A DNA stretch of 63,797 nucleotides, the filler included, from Reclinomonas americana ATCC 50394 (lineage: Eukaryota), in the NCBI GenBank assembly GCA_048213135.1. It is 15 parts of 15 records of this genome, joined end to end, with 100 filler letters (N's around TTAATTAATTAA, not from the genome) between each part and the next. Parts side by side here need not be neighbours in the genome. Positions count along the whole stretch, not along the records: positions 24,390 to 28,151 come from AFZH01021996.1; positions 28,252 to 32,171 come from AFZH01021997.1; positions 32,272 to 36,604 come from AFZH01021998.1; positions 36,705 to 41,792 come from AFZH01021999.1; 11 more parts are not named here. One strand, written 5' to 3'. Under the pieces are notes generated by a model. The model was not told the DNA's origin. It saw nothing but the letters and a program-made list of their open reading frames with translations, and did not search any database. The translations under genes and the position numbers were made by a program. This document shows, one piece after another, positions 24,577 to 40,413 of this stretch; the stretch's first letter is position 1; each line of letters starts with the position of its first letter.

Positions 24577-27500
24577 GGCCGCGTCGAACTGGACATGACT
24601 CTCGACTCGCCTGGCAGGGCAGCGGTCGTCACCGCCGCACCCGCGGTGCTCTCTCCCGCCGAGAAGCGTTGCGTGTGCAGCAATGCAAAGGATAACACAC
24701 GTGTGGTGTTGCTCATTATTCCCGTGGCCTGCAGGGCTTCGCAAGATGCGCCTGTCGGCCCTGCAGCAGCAGCAACGACAATCACCGCCTCGCGAGACCA
24801 CCGAGTCGTCGCCATCGTTGGCATCGCGGCACGCGGACGAGAAGCCTCGCCGGCCGTCGCCGCGTGCAGCCTCGGCTGCGTACTACGAGCAGCTGTATGA
24901 CATGTCGAGTCCAGGTGTGCACACTTGTTCCTCCGCGCTCGATGGTTTACTTTGTTGTTCACTACGGTCTCGCTGCCCAGCAGAGACCGTCCACCGACAT
25001 CGCAAGTCTCCACGACAGACCTCGCCACAAGAGGATGCACAATACTCTGCCGTCACACGCGACATTTATCCGCCTGGCCATCCCGCACGCGCAGACGTAT
25101 CGTCGGCGTCTCGTCACCCTACAACCGCCACGAGGACTCCGCCCTCCAGTCCCCCTCCTCCCATTTATTCAGCGTCTCCAGCGGCACCAACGCGTACTAC
25201 ACCCACTGCTGCTGCAGCTACAGCAGCGACTGTCGTAGTCGGTGCGCCGCGTGTGAGCCCGCCACCCGGCTCCCCTGCATCTCATCGATCGCTGTCGCCC
25301 ACGGTGCCAACCGCAGCGGTGCGGAACTGTGATGAGTTCCCCCATGAGTGCTGTTGTACGAGTGCCAATTGTGTGTCGCTTGTGCAGGCTCTGGCCGATC
25401 CAGTGCTGCTTCGGTCGATACACGCAGAGCTGCAGGATCTGAGTCACCAGCTGCGAGTTGCGTGCCTGCATCACCTCATGCAGTGTCTCACCTCTTGTCC
25501 CTCATCTTTGATCTCTCTCTCTCTCCTCCCTGGCAGGTTCAGTCGCAGCGGGTTGCGGAGAAAGAGGCGGCAGTGGTGGAGCGTGAGCACCAGTTGCAGC
25601 GCGCATTCGAGACACTGCGCTCGCGCCAGTTGGACCTGCCCGACATGCGAGCGTCGGAACGCAAGATGCGCGACGAGTTGGCGCACACGGTTGCCGACTG
25701 GGAGCGCGCCCTATTGTTTCAACAGCAAGAGGCGGCCACGTGGGAGAGCAAGGCGCGACAGTGGAAGGACAGTCATGATCATCTGGCGCAGCAGGTGAGG
25801 AGAGGAGAGCACCGGAGACACTGCTGGGGCTGCTGGCGATTTATTCCCACCCATGATCACGTAGTTGGAGACGGTGCTGGAGGAGCGCGATGAGCTGCGT
25901 CGACGCTTGCAGATGCAGTCGGAGATGCTGCTGGCATTGCCAAGTTCACAGGTGCCGCCAGCTGCCCCGCCGCCAACTGTGGCGGTGACTCGCGCGCCGC
26001 ATGCGGCATCCAAAACCGGTGGTGCGTCGTGTGTGCGAATGGTGCAATGGGGTCGCGCAAAACCAACACATCTGCTCTCTTTTCTTTCTATGCAGCCTTC
26101 CTGGATTTGGCGCGCTCACTGGAACTCTTGCACGTGCTTCTCGAATCCCTTCTCTCTGCGCCGCCGTCGACCTCGTCGCTGTTGTACCCAGCACAATCGT
26201 CGTTCAATCCACATTCCTTCTTTGACGGCTCCCTGTCGTCGGCCAGTGTCACCAGCAGCGCGTCGGTGGTGCGCGTCTCGTCGGCCTCTGCGCGCTCCTC
26301 GTCTGTCTCGCGAGCCTCCTCTCGGCGCAAGTCGGCGTCGCCGGCGCGAAGGAAGGCAGCTGGTGCATCGACATCGTCGTCATTGTCGTCGTCGACCGCA
26401 GGCGGCAGCGTCAGGGCACTCGTGGCCGAGTTACCGCCAGCCACGGCACTCGCTGCCATCGACTGGTCTCGTTATGGATCGCGAGTTGCGTCTCGCAGAT
26501 CTGCGAAAGACAATATCGTCTGTGCTTGCTGATGATCCACGTGCAGTTGGTGCCCTTGATGTGCGATCTGTTGCCGTGCATGGCCGAGCGCGATCCACAC
26601 GATCAGAAACTCTTCCTAGAGTTCTTGTGGACGGCGCTGAGTTATCCGTATTATGCCACGACGGTGGTGCGTGCTGTGGGGGGAGTGGCGGAAGAAAGCA
26701 GCGACCCTGTGAAGCCAACTATGTTTCCCAATGGTGCAGGAGGGTGTAATTCACGCGGCGACGCTGCGACTGGTCGAGTGTCTGAGCGGTGGCTCGGGGA
26801 AGACGTCGCACGTGTACATTGGTTCGGGTGATCCGGCAGTGCGACTGCTCAGCAACCTTGCTGTGGCAAAGGTTGGTGACGAGCTGAGGAGAGAAGGATC
26901 GTGGGATGATGTTGTTAACTATCCGTCCGCCGTTGCAGTACTCTCGCCACCCGGATCGTGTGTGCAACGCGCTCGAGGCCATCCGCAGTGATATCATGTT
27001 TGAGGAGGTGTGGCGCTGTGTCCTCGTTCTGCATGTCACCCCACTCCTCGCTCACTCTCCTCTCTCCGCAGTCCAAGCGATTATTCGTACAATATTACGG
27101 GACTGCGGTGGTGTTGCATGCACTGTCCACAAGTGTGCCGACGTTTGTGGTGCCGGCGGCCGCCATTATGCTATCCATGTCGATCGATTCCGGTTCGTAG
27201 TGTATTCGCCACCTGGGAGGAGAAAGAGCGAGAGAGCCAGCTAATTCTCTGTGTCTCAGAACACACGCAAAAGTTCCTGCATCAGTGCACTCTGTTGGAG
27301 GCGTTCCCGGCGGCGTGCATCTCAGCTCTGGCGTCGCGCGACCATCGGGTGCAGGAGAGCATTGCCGTCGTGTTGCAGAAGTTGTCGGCGTCAAGGTCAG
27401 TGACGGCTGGCCGGATAAAGGAGAGGCAACGTCACCTCACTCACTCTTGTGCATGCAACAGAAAATACCGACATGTCTTCTCCAAGGGCGACCTGCGTGC

Positions 27501-27597
27501 TGCACTGACGGAGCTGGTGTTTTCTGGAGCCACCGACAACGAGTTTATCGTGATGAATGTCAAGTCCATTCTTTCTAACCTCAAGGACCCACGGTAA
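24577..27597 (+). CDS. CCDC138: CCDC138-like coiled-coil protein (5' end uncertain or in gap)
   Basis: Coiled-coil exons (RVAEKEAAVVEREHQLQRA..), LFLEFLWTAL, and C-terminal QESIAVVLQKLSASRKYRHVF..DNEFIVMNVKSILSNL resembling the CCDC138 C-terminus. Confidence 0.65.
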
Positions 27598-28015
27598 AAG
27601 CGTCGATTGGTGCTGGTTGTTCCTCGTCAGCTGTGTCTATCGTCTTCTTGCTGCCGCGCAGCTTCTTGCGCAACGACTTGAGATTTTCCCGTCGACCTCG
27701 CCTCGCATCCGTGGAGGAGGGACTGGGAAAGTCGAATGCTGAGGGTGGACCAAGAGGAGGAGGAGGCGATGGAGGAGAAAGAGGAGGCCGCTGCCGCTGC
27801 TTGCTCTGGTCGTCAGTCGGTGCACGCTGCTGCTTTTGCGCGCGCGGAGGCGGATTCGCGTCGAAATCCGAGTCGGACGTGAGCTCGTCTCCTTGTTCCG
27901 CGGTGTCCACTGCGTCCGTTTCACACTGTGTATGGCGACGGGTAAGCTCACGAGTGACAGTAATCTGCATATCGAACGAACCTCGTCACTTCGACGAATG
28001 AGTGCAGCGAATGCA
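27581..28015 (-). CDS. 3' exons of a hypothetical protein (acidic, Pro-rich, basic tail)
   Basis: Open frame CETDAVDTAEQGDELTSDSD..RRENLKSLRKKLRGSKK..TVGP stop, after a plausible GTTCGT..CAG intron. No family recognised. Confidence 0.4.
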
Positions 28016-28251
28016 CTGGCGGGCAGAAGTGCGGGAGACCAGATGATTTCTGGAGGGTGTCGTGCACTCAGAGTGCGCAGGCACACAATGAGGGGAGGAC
28101 GACACTGGTCACAAACCCAGGGCAGTGCGAGAAGAGTGCGTGAGTGGCGCTNNNNNNNNNNNNNNNNNNNNNNNNNNNNNNNNNNNNNNNNNNNNTTAAT
28201 TAATTAANNNNNNNNNNNNNNNNNNNNNNNNNNNNNNNNNNNNNNNNNNNN

Positions 28252-28335
28252 GGGGGAAGGAGGGGGAAGGAGGGGGAAGGAGGGGGAAGGAGGGGGAAGG
28301 AGGGGGAAGGAGGGGGAAGGAGGGGGAAGGAGGGG
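28252..28335. repeat. 10-bp tandem repeat (GGGGAAGGAG)n in a kinase intron
   Basis: About eight visible perfect units running into the gap. Confidence 0.9.
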
Positions 28336-28638
28336 GACGGAGGGGGAGAAAGGGGAAGGAGGGGAGGGGGGAAGGGAGGAATGAAGAAGGAAGGACGAGA
28401 GAAGAGACGAACACGGTAAAGCAGAGGAATGAGAAGGAGGAAAAGAAGGGAGGGAGAAGAGACGGAGAACTGCAGCATTCACAACAGCCACAAAAAGGAA
28501 GCATGAGACAGTGATCGGCAAGGCCCAGTGCACTCTCTGTCGCTCACTCCCAGTCGCCTTCTTGCTCACATCAAGGACACATTCCTCGGAAATCACCTCT
28601 CACCACAAAGCAACTGCACATGTCTCTTACAAACTCAC

Positions 28639-30265
28639 CGCATGGCTCGATAGACAAGACACCTCTCCCTCGCCGTACCCTCCACGAGTGCAGCGAACCC
28701 GAGCAGAGGAACCAGCCGTCGATGATGCAGTCGGCCAATCGTGTTAACCTTCAATTGTCGCAGCGTTACGGTCGGAAAACACACGCACTTCTGCCCCACC
28801 GCTCCTCCGCTCACCTCTGCCTCGTACGACTCGGCCGCCCACGGTGCGCTGCTGTCGAGCAGCTTGATGGCCACATCCTCTTCGTCGAGCCAGCACAAAT
28901 ACACTGCACCCTGACCGCCCTCCCCGGCCTTCATCTTCTTGTTGAACGATCCAGTGGCGCGCACAATATCCGCCCAGGCGTACTTGCGAAGACGAGTGGG
29001 GTCCGCCACTACAATGCATGCGTGCGAGCGTGAGTACGGGGGGTTACCGAGTGGCAGCACATCGTCCACCTACCGTAGAACAAGTTCAAATCTCTGCGCA
29101 GACGCTCGACCTCGCTGGCGAGATCGGCAGCGCGCTTCTTTTCGGCGGCAAGTGACTCCTCCACAGCCTGGTGCGCCTCTGCGCGTTGTTGCAGGTCGCG
29201 TTGCAGTCGGGCCACCCGCTCCTCCGCCGCACACGCCCTCTGCTGCATGTGCGCCACGATTTCGTCTGCCGCCAACACTTGCTCCTCAGCAGCATCCGCC
29301 CTTCGCTGCTCCGCAGCCAGCATTTCCTGCACGCGCGCCGCGTGCTGCTCCGCAGCGGCCACTTTGCGTTGCAGTTCATCGCGCTCCCCGCGGACCACGG
29401 CAAGCTCGCGCTGGAGATCGGCGACAGGAGGATCGCCATCCACTGCTGGCGACGGACCGCCCTCGTCCGCCTGCGACGCCGGCTGCATCACGAACTGCAA
29501 CAATGAGACCAGAGAACACCGCAGAAGCAACGCAGCAGGCTCGCACCTGATCGGATCCCTCTGCGCACCGACACAGGCACCGGCTGAGACCACAACGAAA
29601 CACGGCAGAGTGAGAGGGACACAAGCAAACAAACCTGCCAATCGTCGAGTCGGCGAAGGCTGCCCAACCAGCCGCCCGAGCAACTCGCTCACAGGTCGCC
29701 TGCCCTGCTCGCGAGCCAACTGCGCCGCGGTCTTGCCATGCGCATTGACGAGAGGAATGAGATCGGGGAACGCAGTGGCCAGGTGTCGCACAATCGCCTC
29801 GTGTCCATTGTAGGCCGCACAGTGCAACGCCGTCGATTGCGGCTCCCACGATCGATCGTTGGTGACCGCCCGCACCATCTCCCCCGGACACCGTCGCTCA
29901 TCCGCGAGCAGCCACTGCACCACATGCACGTGTCCGTCGTTCGCCGCTCCCATCAGTGGCGTCCATCCATTGTCGTCGACCAACTGCGCGAGTTGTGGAC
30001 CGACGCCACTCTCCTCCCAGAGATACTCCAGCACTGCAAGGTGGCCACTGGAGGCGGCCAGGTAGAATGCCGAGCCTCCGTCGTACATCTCCTCGCGGAG
30101 GAGGAGGGAGCGGCCGCCCTCGCGCGACACTAGCTCGCGCAGGGCGGCCACGTCACCGGCGCCTGCCATTCTGTACGCTCGTTTGCGAGGCGAGCTGTGG
30201 TGGTGGTGTAATGAGGTGAGGAGACGGGCAAAGGAGAGTTGCGTGGCAGAGCTTCGATACCTCAT
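28639..30265 (-). CDS. Ankyrin-repeat, coiled-coil, IRAK/Pelle(RLK)-type protein kinase; C-lobe lost in gap
   Basis: Ankyrins GSAFYLAASSGH, GWTPLMGAANDGH and STALHCAAYNGH, then a coiled coil. Kinase N-lobe: YAWADIVRATGSF..GEGGQGAVY..VAIKLL..YEAEVNTIGRLHHRRLVPLLGF..RCLVY. Confidence 0.85.
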
Positions 30266-30632
30266 GGTGGCGTGATGAAGCAAGTTGTCCGACCCCTTCT
30301 GACAGGACGCATTGCTTGGATCACTTCTCGGAACAAAGTCGCCTTCGAGTCAACCACAGAGTTAATCGTGCAGTGATAAGGGGGAAGAGATCACATGCGA
30401 TCGTGAAAACTGCGGCCAGCGAACAAGCGTCAAGGACACGAGAGATATCGAAGGTCGATGGCGTGGATCTACTGCAAGGGCGGATCGAGAGCCTACTGTG
30501 CTGAGTGTACGAGCTCAACGAAAGTACCGTCTTCCACCGTCGCACGTCACCTCTCCGCGAAACCCAACAGAAAAACAACCCAACGCTGTTTACTTACAGG
30601 CTCTACCACTCCATTCTCCCCCACCCACTCCT

Positions 30633-34229
<3,597 letters not shown>

Positions 34230-34291
34230 TCTGTCGCACTCCTGTTGTCACACGGGTGTCCTGCACTCTCCAACTCTTCCTCCTTCGCGCA

Positions 34292-37206
34292 ATGTGCGAC
34301 GTCGACAGTGGCGGTGGCGGTGGCGGTGTAGGTGCGACGTCTTCAGCTTCCTCTTCTCCTTCTGCTGCTGCTGCTGCATGCGCGGTGGTGCAAGAAGAAG
34401 AAGAGATGAGTGAGCAGTATGGAGAGTGCAAGCGATCGACGTCGGTGGTGGTGGTCGGTGCGCCACGTGTGGGGTGCACGTCGTTGTGTAGACGGTGGAC
34501 GGTGAGTGCAATGGAGAGAGAGAGTGTGTGTGTGTGGATGCATTGCGTGTGGGAAACGTCGGGGATGAGCGAGGAGGGGGGAGCTGCAGGCGTGCGAGTG
34601 TGTGAGTGAGTGTGAAAGAGAGAGCGAGAGAGAGTATTGTGCATGCATTCTTCCGGTATCTATCTCCATTCTGTTCTTCTTGATTGTCTCTCTTGTTTTC
34701 ACTGCGATTCGTTCTCTTGTGATCAGAGTCAGCAGCAGGAAGCACTGGGAGAGAATGGAGAGTGGATGCACTGGTTGCAAGAATTGCCGAGGATGAGCGA
34801 GGACGGGGAGCTGTAGGAGTGCGAGAGAGAAAGAGAGCGTATTGTGCTTCCGGTATCTATCTCCATTCTGTTCTTCTTCGTCGCGTGGATCGATCCTCGA
34901 TTGTCTCTCTTGGTTTCATTGCGATTCGTTCTCTTGTTGTAAGAGGAAGCACTGGGAAGGAATGGAAAGAGTGGATGCACTGGTTGCAAGAATCGTCGAG
35001 GTGTAGGAGAAGGAGCAAGATTGCGAGAGCGTTCAGTACATATGCATCCTTCCTTTGATCTGTCTCTCATTCTTATCTGTTCTGGTGTCTTGTGGACCCA
35101 CTCTCTTGCTTCTTGTCGCTCTTGTGTTTCCGTTGGTTCTTGCATCACTTGGCGATTCGAGAGGCAGCAATTGGAAGAGAGTGAGGGGGGCCAAGGAGTG
35201 TGGATGCATTACATGGAATCGTCGAGGATGAGCGAGGAGGGGGGAGTAGCAAGAGTGCGAGAGTGTGTGTGAGTGAGAGAGAGTGGGAGAGAGTATTGTG
35301 CATGTGCATTCTTCCGGTATCAATCTCCATTCTGTTCTTCTTTGTCGCGTGGATCGATCCTCGATTGTCTCTCTTGTTTTCACTGCGATTCGTTCTCTTG
35401 ATGTGAGAAGCAGCAACAGGAAGCACTTGGAGGGAATGGAGAGAGTGGATGCACTGGTTGCAAGAATCGTCGAGGTGTAGGAGAAGGAGCAAGAGTGCGA
35501 GAGCGTTCAGTGTATGCATCCTTCCTTTGATCTGTCTCTCATTCTCATGTGTTCTGGTGTCTTGTGGACCCAGTCTCTTGCTTCTTGTCGCTCTTGTGTT
35601 CTCGTTGGTTCTTACATCACTTCACGTATCTATCTCCATTCTGTTCTCGTTTGTCGTGGATCGATCCTCGCTCTCGTCTCGTTGGTTTTCACTGCTCTTG
35701 CGCTGGGGTCGTACATCACATGACGATTCGTGCTCGATGTGGTTGTCTCCTGCGCTTGATGGGCTTTGCGATCCTGTCTACGGCGTTTTGCTCTCTCGTC
35801 TCTGTGTATCTGTACTTCCTCGCGTTCAGCAGTGTCTTGGTCCTCTGCTCTCTACCTGTCTCTCTCTCTCTCTTTCTGGTCTCTCACTTCCATCACTGCC
35901 AGGAGAACGCCTTCCACGACTCTGAAGTGAGCACCACTCGCGTGGAGATTCAGAACCGCGTTGTTCGCGTTGTCGACAGCGACACCGCCGGTGAACCGTT
36001 TTGGTGCTCAGTCGACCTGTGGGATGTGCCGTTCCGCAGCGGCAGCAGTGACTTGCCCGTGGATGCGACAACCACGTGCTTGTACGGCGACACGCTGTCG
36101 GTGATGGTTGTGTTCGACTGTGCTTCGATGCGGTCGTTTGAGGTGGCGGGTCAGGTGAGACACAAGAGATCGGTCTCTGTTTCTCTCTCTCTCTCTCTCA
36201 GCTCTCTCCCGTCTGCTTGTGTCTGCAGCTGTCCTAGTTTCTCTATCGCCGACTCTCGGCTCGTTTTTTATTCTCACTTGTCGCCATCTCAGTTTCTCTG
36301 TATGTCTCCCTCCTCCCTCTTCTTTCCCTCTCTCCTTCCCTCTCTCCTTCCCTCTCTCCTTCCCTCTCTCCTTCCCTCCCTCCTTCCCTCCCTCCTTCCC
36401 TCCCTCCTTCCCTCCCTCTTTCCCTCCCTCCTTCCCTCTCTCCTTCCCTCTCTCCTTCCCTCTCTCCTTCCCTCTCTCCTTCCCTCTCTCCTTCCCTCTC
36501 TCCTTCCCTCTCTCCTTCCTCTTCCATTCTCACTCCTTCCTCTATCCCTCCTCTCTCTCTCTCTTCCATCTCCTTCTCTCCTTCCTCTTCCATTCTCACT
36601 CCTTNNNNNNNNNNNNNNNNNNNNNNNNNNNNNNNNNNNNNNNNNNNNTTAATTAATTAANNNNNNNNNNNNNNNNNNNNNNNNNNNNNNNNNNNNNNNN
36701 NNNNCTCCTTCCCTCTCTCCTTCCCTCTCTCCTTCCCTTCCTCCTTCCCTCCCTCCTTCCCTCCCTCGCACCCGCCCCTCCTTCCTTTCCCCCACACTCC
36801 CCCCCTGCACTTGCAGCTCCTCGCCGACGTCAAGGAACACGGCATCCCCCAAACCACCGCCATTCTGGTGGCCAACCGTGCCGAACCCGGTGTGCGGAGA
36901 GAGGTCGACACGGAGGCGGGTCAAGTTTCGTGTCTCTCTTGAAGCATCACATCTCCTTTTTCCAAATCACCTCACTCTTCCACAAACATATAGGCACTGG
37001 CTAGCGAGCGCGGTGTGCAGTACTTTGAGACGAGTGCCAAGAGCGGGGCGCATGTACACGAGGCATTCATGGCGCTGGTCGAATCCGCTCTGCGACACGG
37101 CGACGTCCCCCTTCCGGGAGCGCAAACGGCAGCAGGCGAGTCCTCTCCATTGCCGGCAGTCACGAGGCAGCAGCCGCAGGGTGATTGTAAATGTGTTTTG
37201 CAATGA
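34292..37206 (+). CDS. Divergent Rab/Ras-like small GTPase with C-terminal CKCVLQ prenylation motif
   Basis: Exons 34292-34501, 35903-36154, 36817-36924 and 36994-37206 give VVVVGAPRVGCTS, DLWDVPF, VMVVFD, ILVANRAE and YFETSAKSG. The start could instead be MSEQ near 34406. Confidence 0.8.
34620..35680. repeat. Degenerate tandem duplications within intron 1 of the GTPase gene
   Basis: GTATC(T/A)ATCTCCATTCTGTTCT occurs near 34655, 34852, 35317 and 35626; GAGTGGATGCACTGGTTGCAAGAAT occurs near 34760, 34969 and 35443. Confidence 0.85.
36325..36520. repeat. 12-bp tandem repeat (CCCTCTCTCCTT)n in an intron
   Basis: Directly visible; it produces the spurious PSLL/SFPL ORFs. Confidence 0.9.
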
Positions 37207-37452
37207 CAACAATGTGTCCTCCATTCATGGTGTTTTCATCGCCAAGCACTATCGACTTTCCATTTATTCCTTTCTCGCTTCGGTGCCCCACTCATCGCCG
37301 CTCAATAAAACCCACGAGACGGCGCGTGCAGAGGCCAGGCGCAAGAAGAGAGTAGAATGATCAGGCAGACAACGCCACCACTATCACCACCATCGAAACA
37401 AAACCGCACATAACACACATGACATATTAACACACACTCACGGGAGGGGCTC

Positions 37453-39622
37453 TCATGTTACTTCTCTCCCGTGACGCACACTTGCGTCGCCAGCGGCCAC
37501 CGTTACGGCCGCGGGTGATGGGCAATTGGCCAGCGCCATCCGCAACTTCCACCCGAGATCCATCGGTGAAGACACACGCGGACCAAACGAGTCGTCGTCG
37601 CTGTCGCCGCTGTCGTCACTGTCGCTATCGCGGTCGCCAGGGTCGGTGCCCTGGCTGGTCTTCTCGGCCTCGCTGTTTTCGAGGCCGGTGGGTTCACTGG
37701 ACGACTCGCCGCCGCAAGTGGAGGCGCTCTTCGAGGGCGCGTGATTTTCTTTTTCGTCGGGACTGCGGATGGACTGTGCGGGGAGGAGGGGAAGGAGGTG
37801 AGACGTGTGAAAGGAAGGAGAGGGGGAAGAAAGGAGGGAAAAGGAGAGCATGAAGAGAATGATGGAGAGGGGAGAGCGAGAAGGGGAGAGGAGAGCGAGA
37901 GGGGAGAGCGAGCGAGAGAGAGAGAGAGAGAGAGCGAGGGGAGAGCGAGAGGGGGAGAGCGAGAGAGGGGAGAGCGAGAAGGGAGAGCGAAAAGGGGAGA
38001 GCGAGAGAGGGGAGAGCGAGAAGGGGAGAGAGCGAGAAGGGGAGAGCGGGAGCTGAGAGAGACAGAGAGAGAGAGAGCGCGCGAGAGGGGGAGGGAGAGG
38101 AGGGGGAGGGAGAGGAGGGGGAGGGAGAGAGAAAGAACAGACTGCATATATCACAAAACGCATCCACGGAAAAACCGAGAGAGTGAGACACCGCACGGAG
38201 AAGCACTCACCGAGAACCGCGAGCGAAGCGCACTGACAAACTCGGGGACATCCTCCTTCCTCTGCCGGATGGGTGTGCCGCCAGGCGACCGTTGCAACTA
38301 ATAAACCCCAACAAGAAGAACAGTGAGCGGCAAACAACAAGCGAGATACCGACATAGAAAAACCACACACAAAACGCACCTGCCCCACAGTCTTGAGCTT
38401 CACCGGACCCGCATTGCGCAGAATGTCGGCAATGCTCATCACAGGGTCCTTGGGACCGCCAGGAACGCCCATCGGCCGGTGCGACTTGGACTGTGCGCAT
38501 ATGCATGAGCTTCTTCTCGGAAGGAAAAATCAATTGAAGGAGAGATGCCCTCGCGACTCAACAATGACCAGCATGCGCTTTGGCGGTGGTGGTGGTGGGC
38601 CTCCGGGTGGAGGTGGCGGCGGAGGAGGCGGAGGTGGAGGAGGTGCGGAAGACGACCTCGGGCCTGGAAAAACAGCACGAGTGAGAGAGGGAGAGAGTGT
38701 GATGAGCAAAGGGAGATGCCGGTATCTCTTTCGTGACATGACATGATGCGACTGCGCGCGTGATCATCGCCTTTTCTCTCTCACACACTCGCTCAACGCA
38801 TATGTGTGACAAAGAGAGAGAGAGAGAGCACGCGCGCGTGCGTCGGAAGACGAGAAAACGAACACACGCACACAGACGGCACGCGCTATCACCCGTCACA
38901 GAAACCAACAGACACACACGCATAAAAACACACACGCTCAACAAGACCCCACAGCAGTCAAACACACACACATAACACACACAACACACACAACGCACAC
39001 ACAACAAAACGCGTGCTGTGAACAACGCACACATCACCACCAGTCACACCTCTCTCTCTTGCTCGCTCTCTCTCTCTCTCACACACACTCTCTCTCTCAC
39101 ACACACACACACTCTCACACACACATACCTCCCATGGCGGCAGTGGTGGTGGAGGCAATGGTCAGTCGCGAGATCTCATCGCGCAGCATGGACAACTCTC
39201 GCTCCAGCAGCTCCAGCTTGCCCGTGCTGATTGGCCCTCCACTTGCACCAGCAGCACCAGCAGTAGTGCCCGGATGATCCGCAGTCACTGACTCATCACC
39301 AGCACCACCACCTGCGCACTCATCATCGGGGATCTCTGCCAGCACAACGCCCACTGTGGCAGAGGAGGCAGCAGAGGCGGCGGCCACGCGGCGGCGGATG
39401 CGTCGGATCTTCTTCTTTACTCGTCGCTTGGTGCTCTGTGTGTCACACATCAGTCCACTTGCGCTCACTCACTCATTGCGTCTGTCTCTGTTGTTACGAA
39501 ACTGCGTCATTGGTGTTGCGTATGCGCTGCCACAGTGTGCGGATGTAGCGCAGCATGCGCTCGATGACGGAGCGTACAGAGGTTACAGTGCCGCGGTAGA
39601 TGGAGGTGAGCACGCCCGGCAT
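37453..39622 (-). CDS. MTFR1/PRR11-like proline-rich protein (mitochondrial fission regulator-like)
   Basis: Amphipathic N-terminus, KLELLERELSMLRDEISRL coiled coil, poly-Pro, MSIADILRNAGPVKLKTV, RSPGGTP and FVSALRSRF, in the order remembered for the MTFR family. Confidence 0.65.
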
Positions 39623-40413
39623 TTTTTCCTCTCGTCGGATGCGTGAATTGTGCCGTTGGTTCGGACATTTGGACGCGGTGGGACTGTCCACTTCGCGGAG
39701 CGCGAAGTGAGTATTTGAAGTAGAACTGGGTGTTGTGGATGGCCGTTGGATAGCCACGCGCTCGAGCTCAGAAGTCCTCTCTCTCTCTCTCTCTCTGGTT
39801 CCTTTTTCTGTTGTCTCGCAAACCGGATTGTTCCGAACCTCGACAGCCCTCCTTCCTGTGGTGCTCATTGGACGATTGACAATGCCCGAGTACAAAAGTC
39901 CTCTCTCTCTCTCTCTTGGAACGATCTCTCGATCTCTAGATCTGTGGATCTCTCGGAGCGATATCGATATCGATCGCGAAGAAAGACCTTGTTTCCTAAC
40001 CTCGCACAACCCTGTACATGGTACGGCGCCTTCCTGTGGTGCTCATTGGACGATTGACAATGCCCGCGTACGAAAGCCCTCTCTCTCTTCTCTCTCGGAA
40101 CGATTGCGAAGGAAGACGACAATGCTCTCCTTTCTGACCATGGTCAGACGATTGACGATGCATCTGCATGCACCATCATCGCTGTTCACATTGCGTTCCT
40201 GCTGGCTGCTCCACCTCCCATTCCCCGTCACCTCTCGTCATCAAGCTGCTGCTCCTTCCCTTCTCCCTCTCTGCGTCCTCTTGTTGCCACCACTTCCCCT
40301 TGTCATCATCATCCTCCCCCACCACCACCACCACCTCTTGCTCTCCTCACCTTTTCCGATCACATGGGGATTGCATTCGATTCATTGTTGCAGATGCTGC
40401 TGCTGTGCTCGGC

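Noticed and set aside
30196..30260. GTATCG donor as a U12-type intron
   Set aside because: It lacks the GTATCCTT consensus and a TCCTTAAC branch point.
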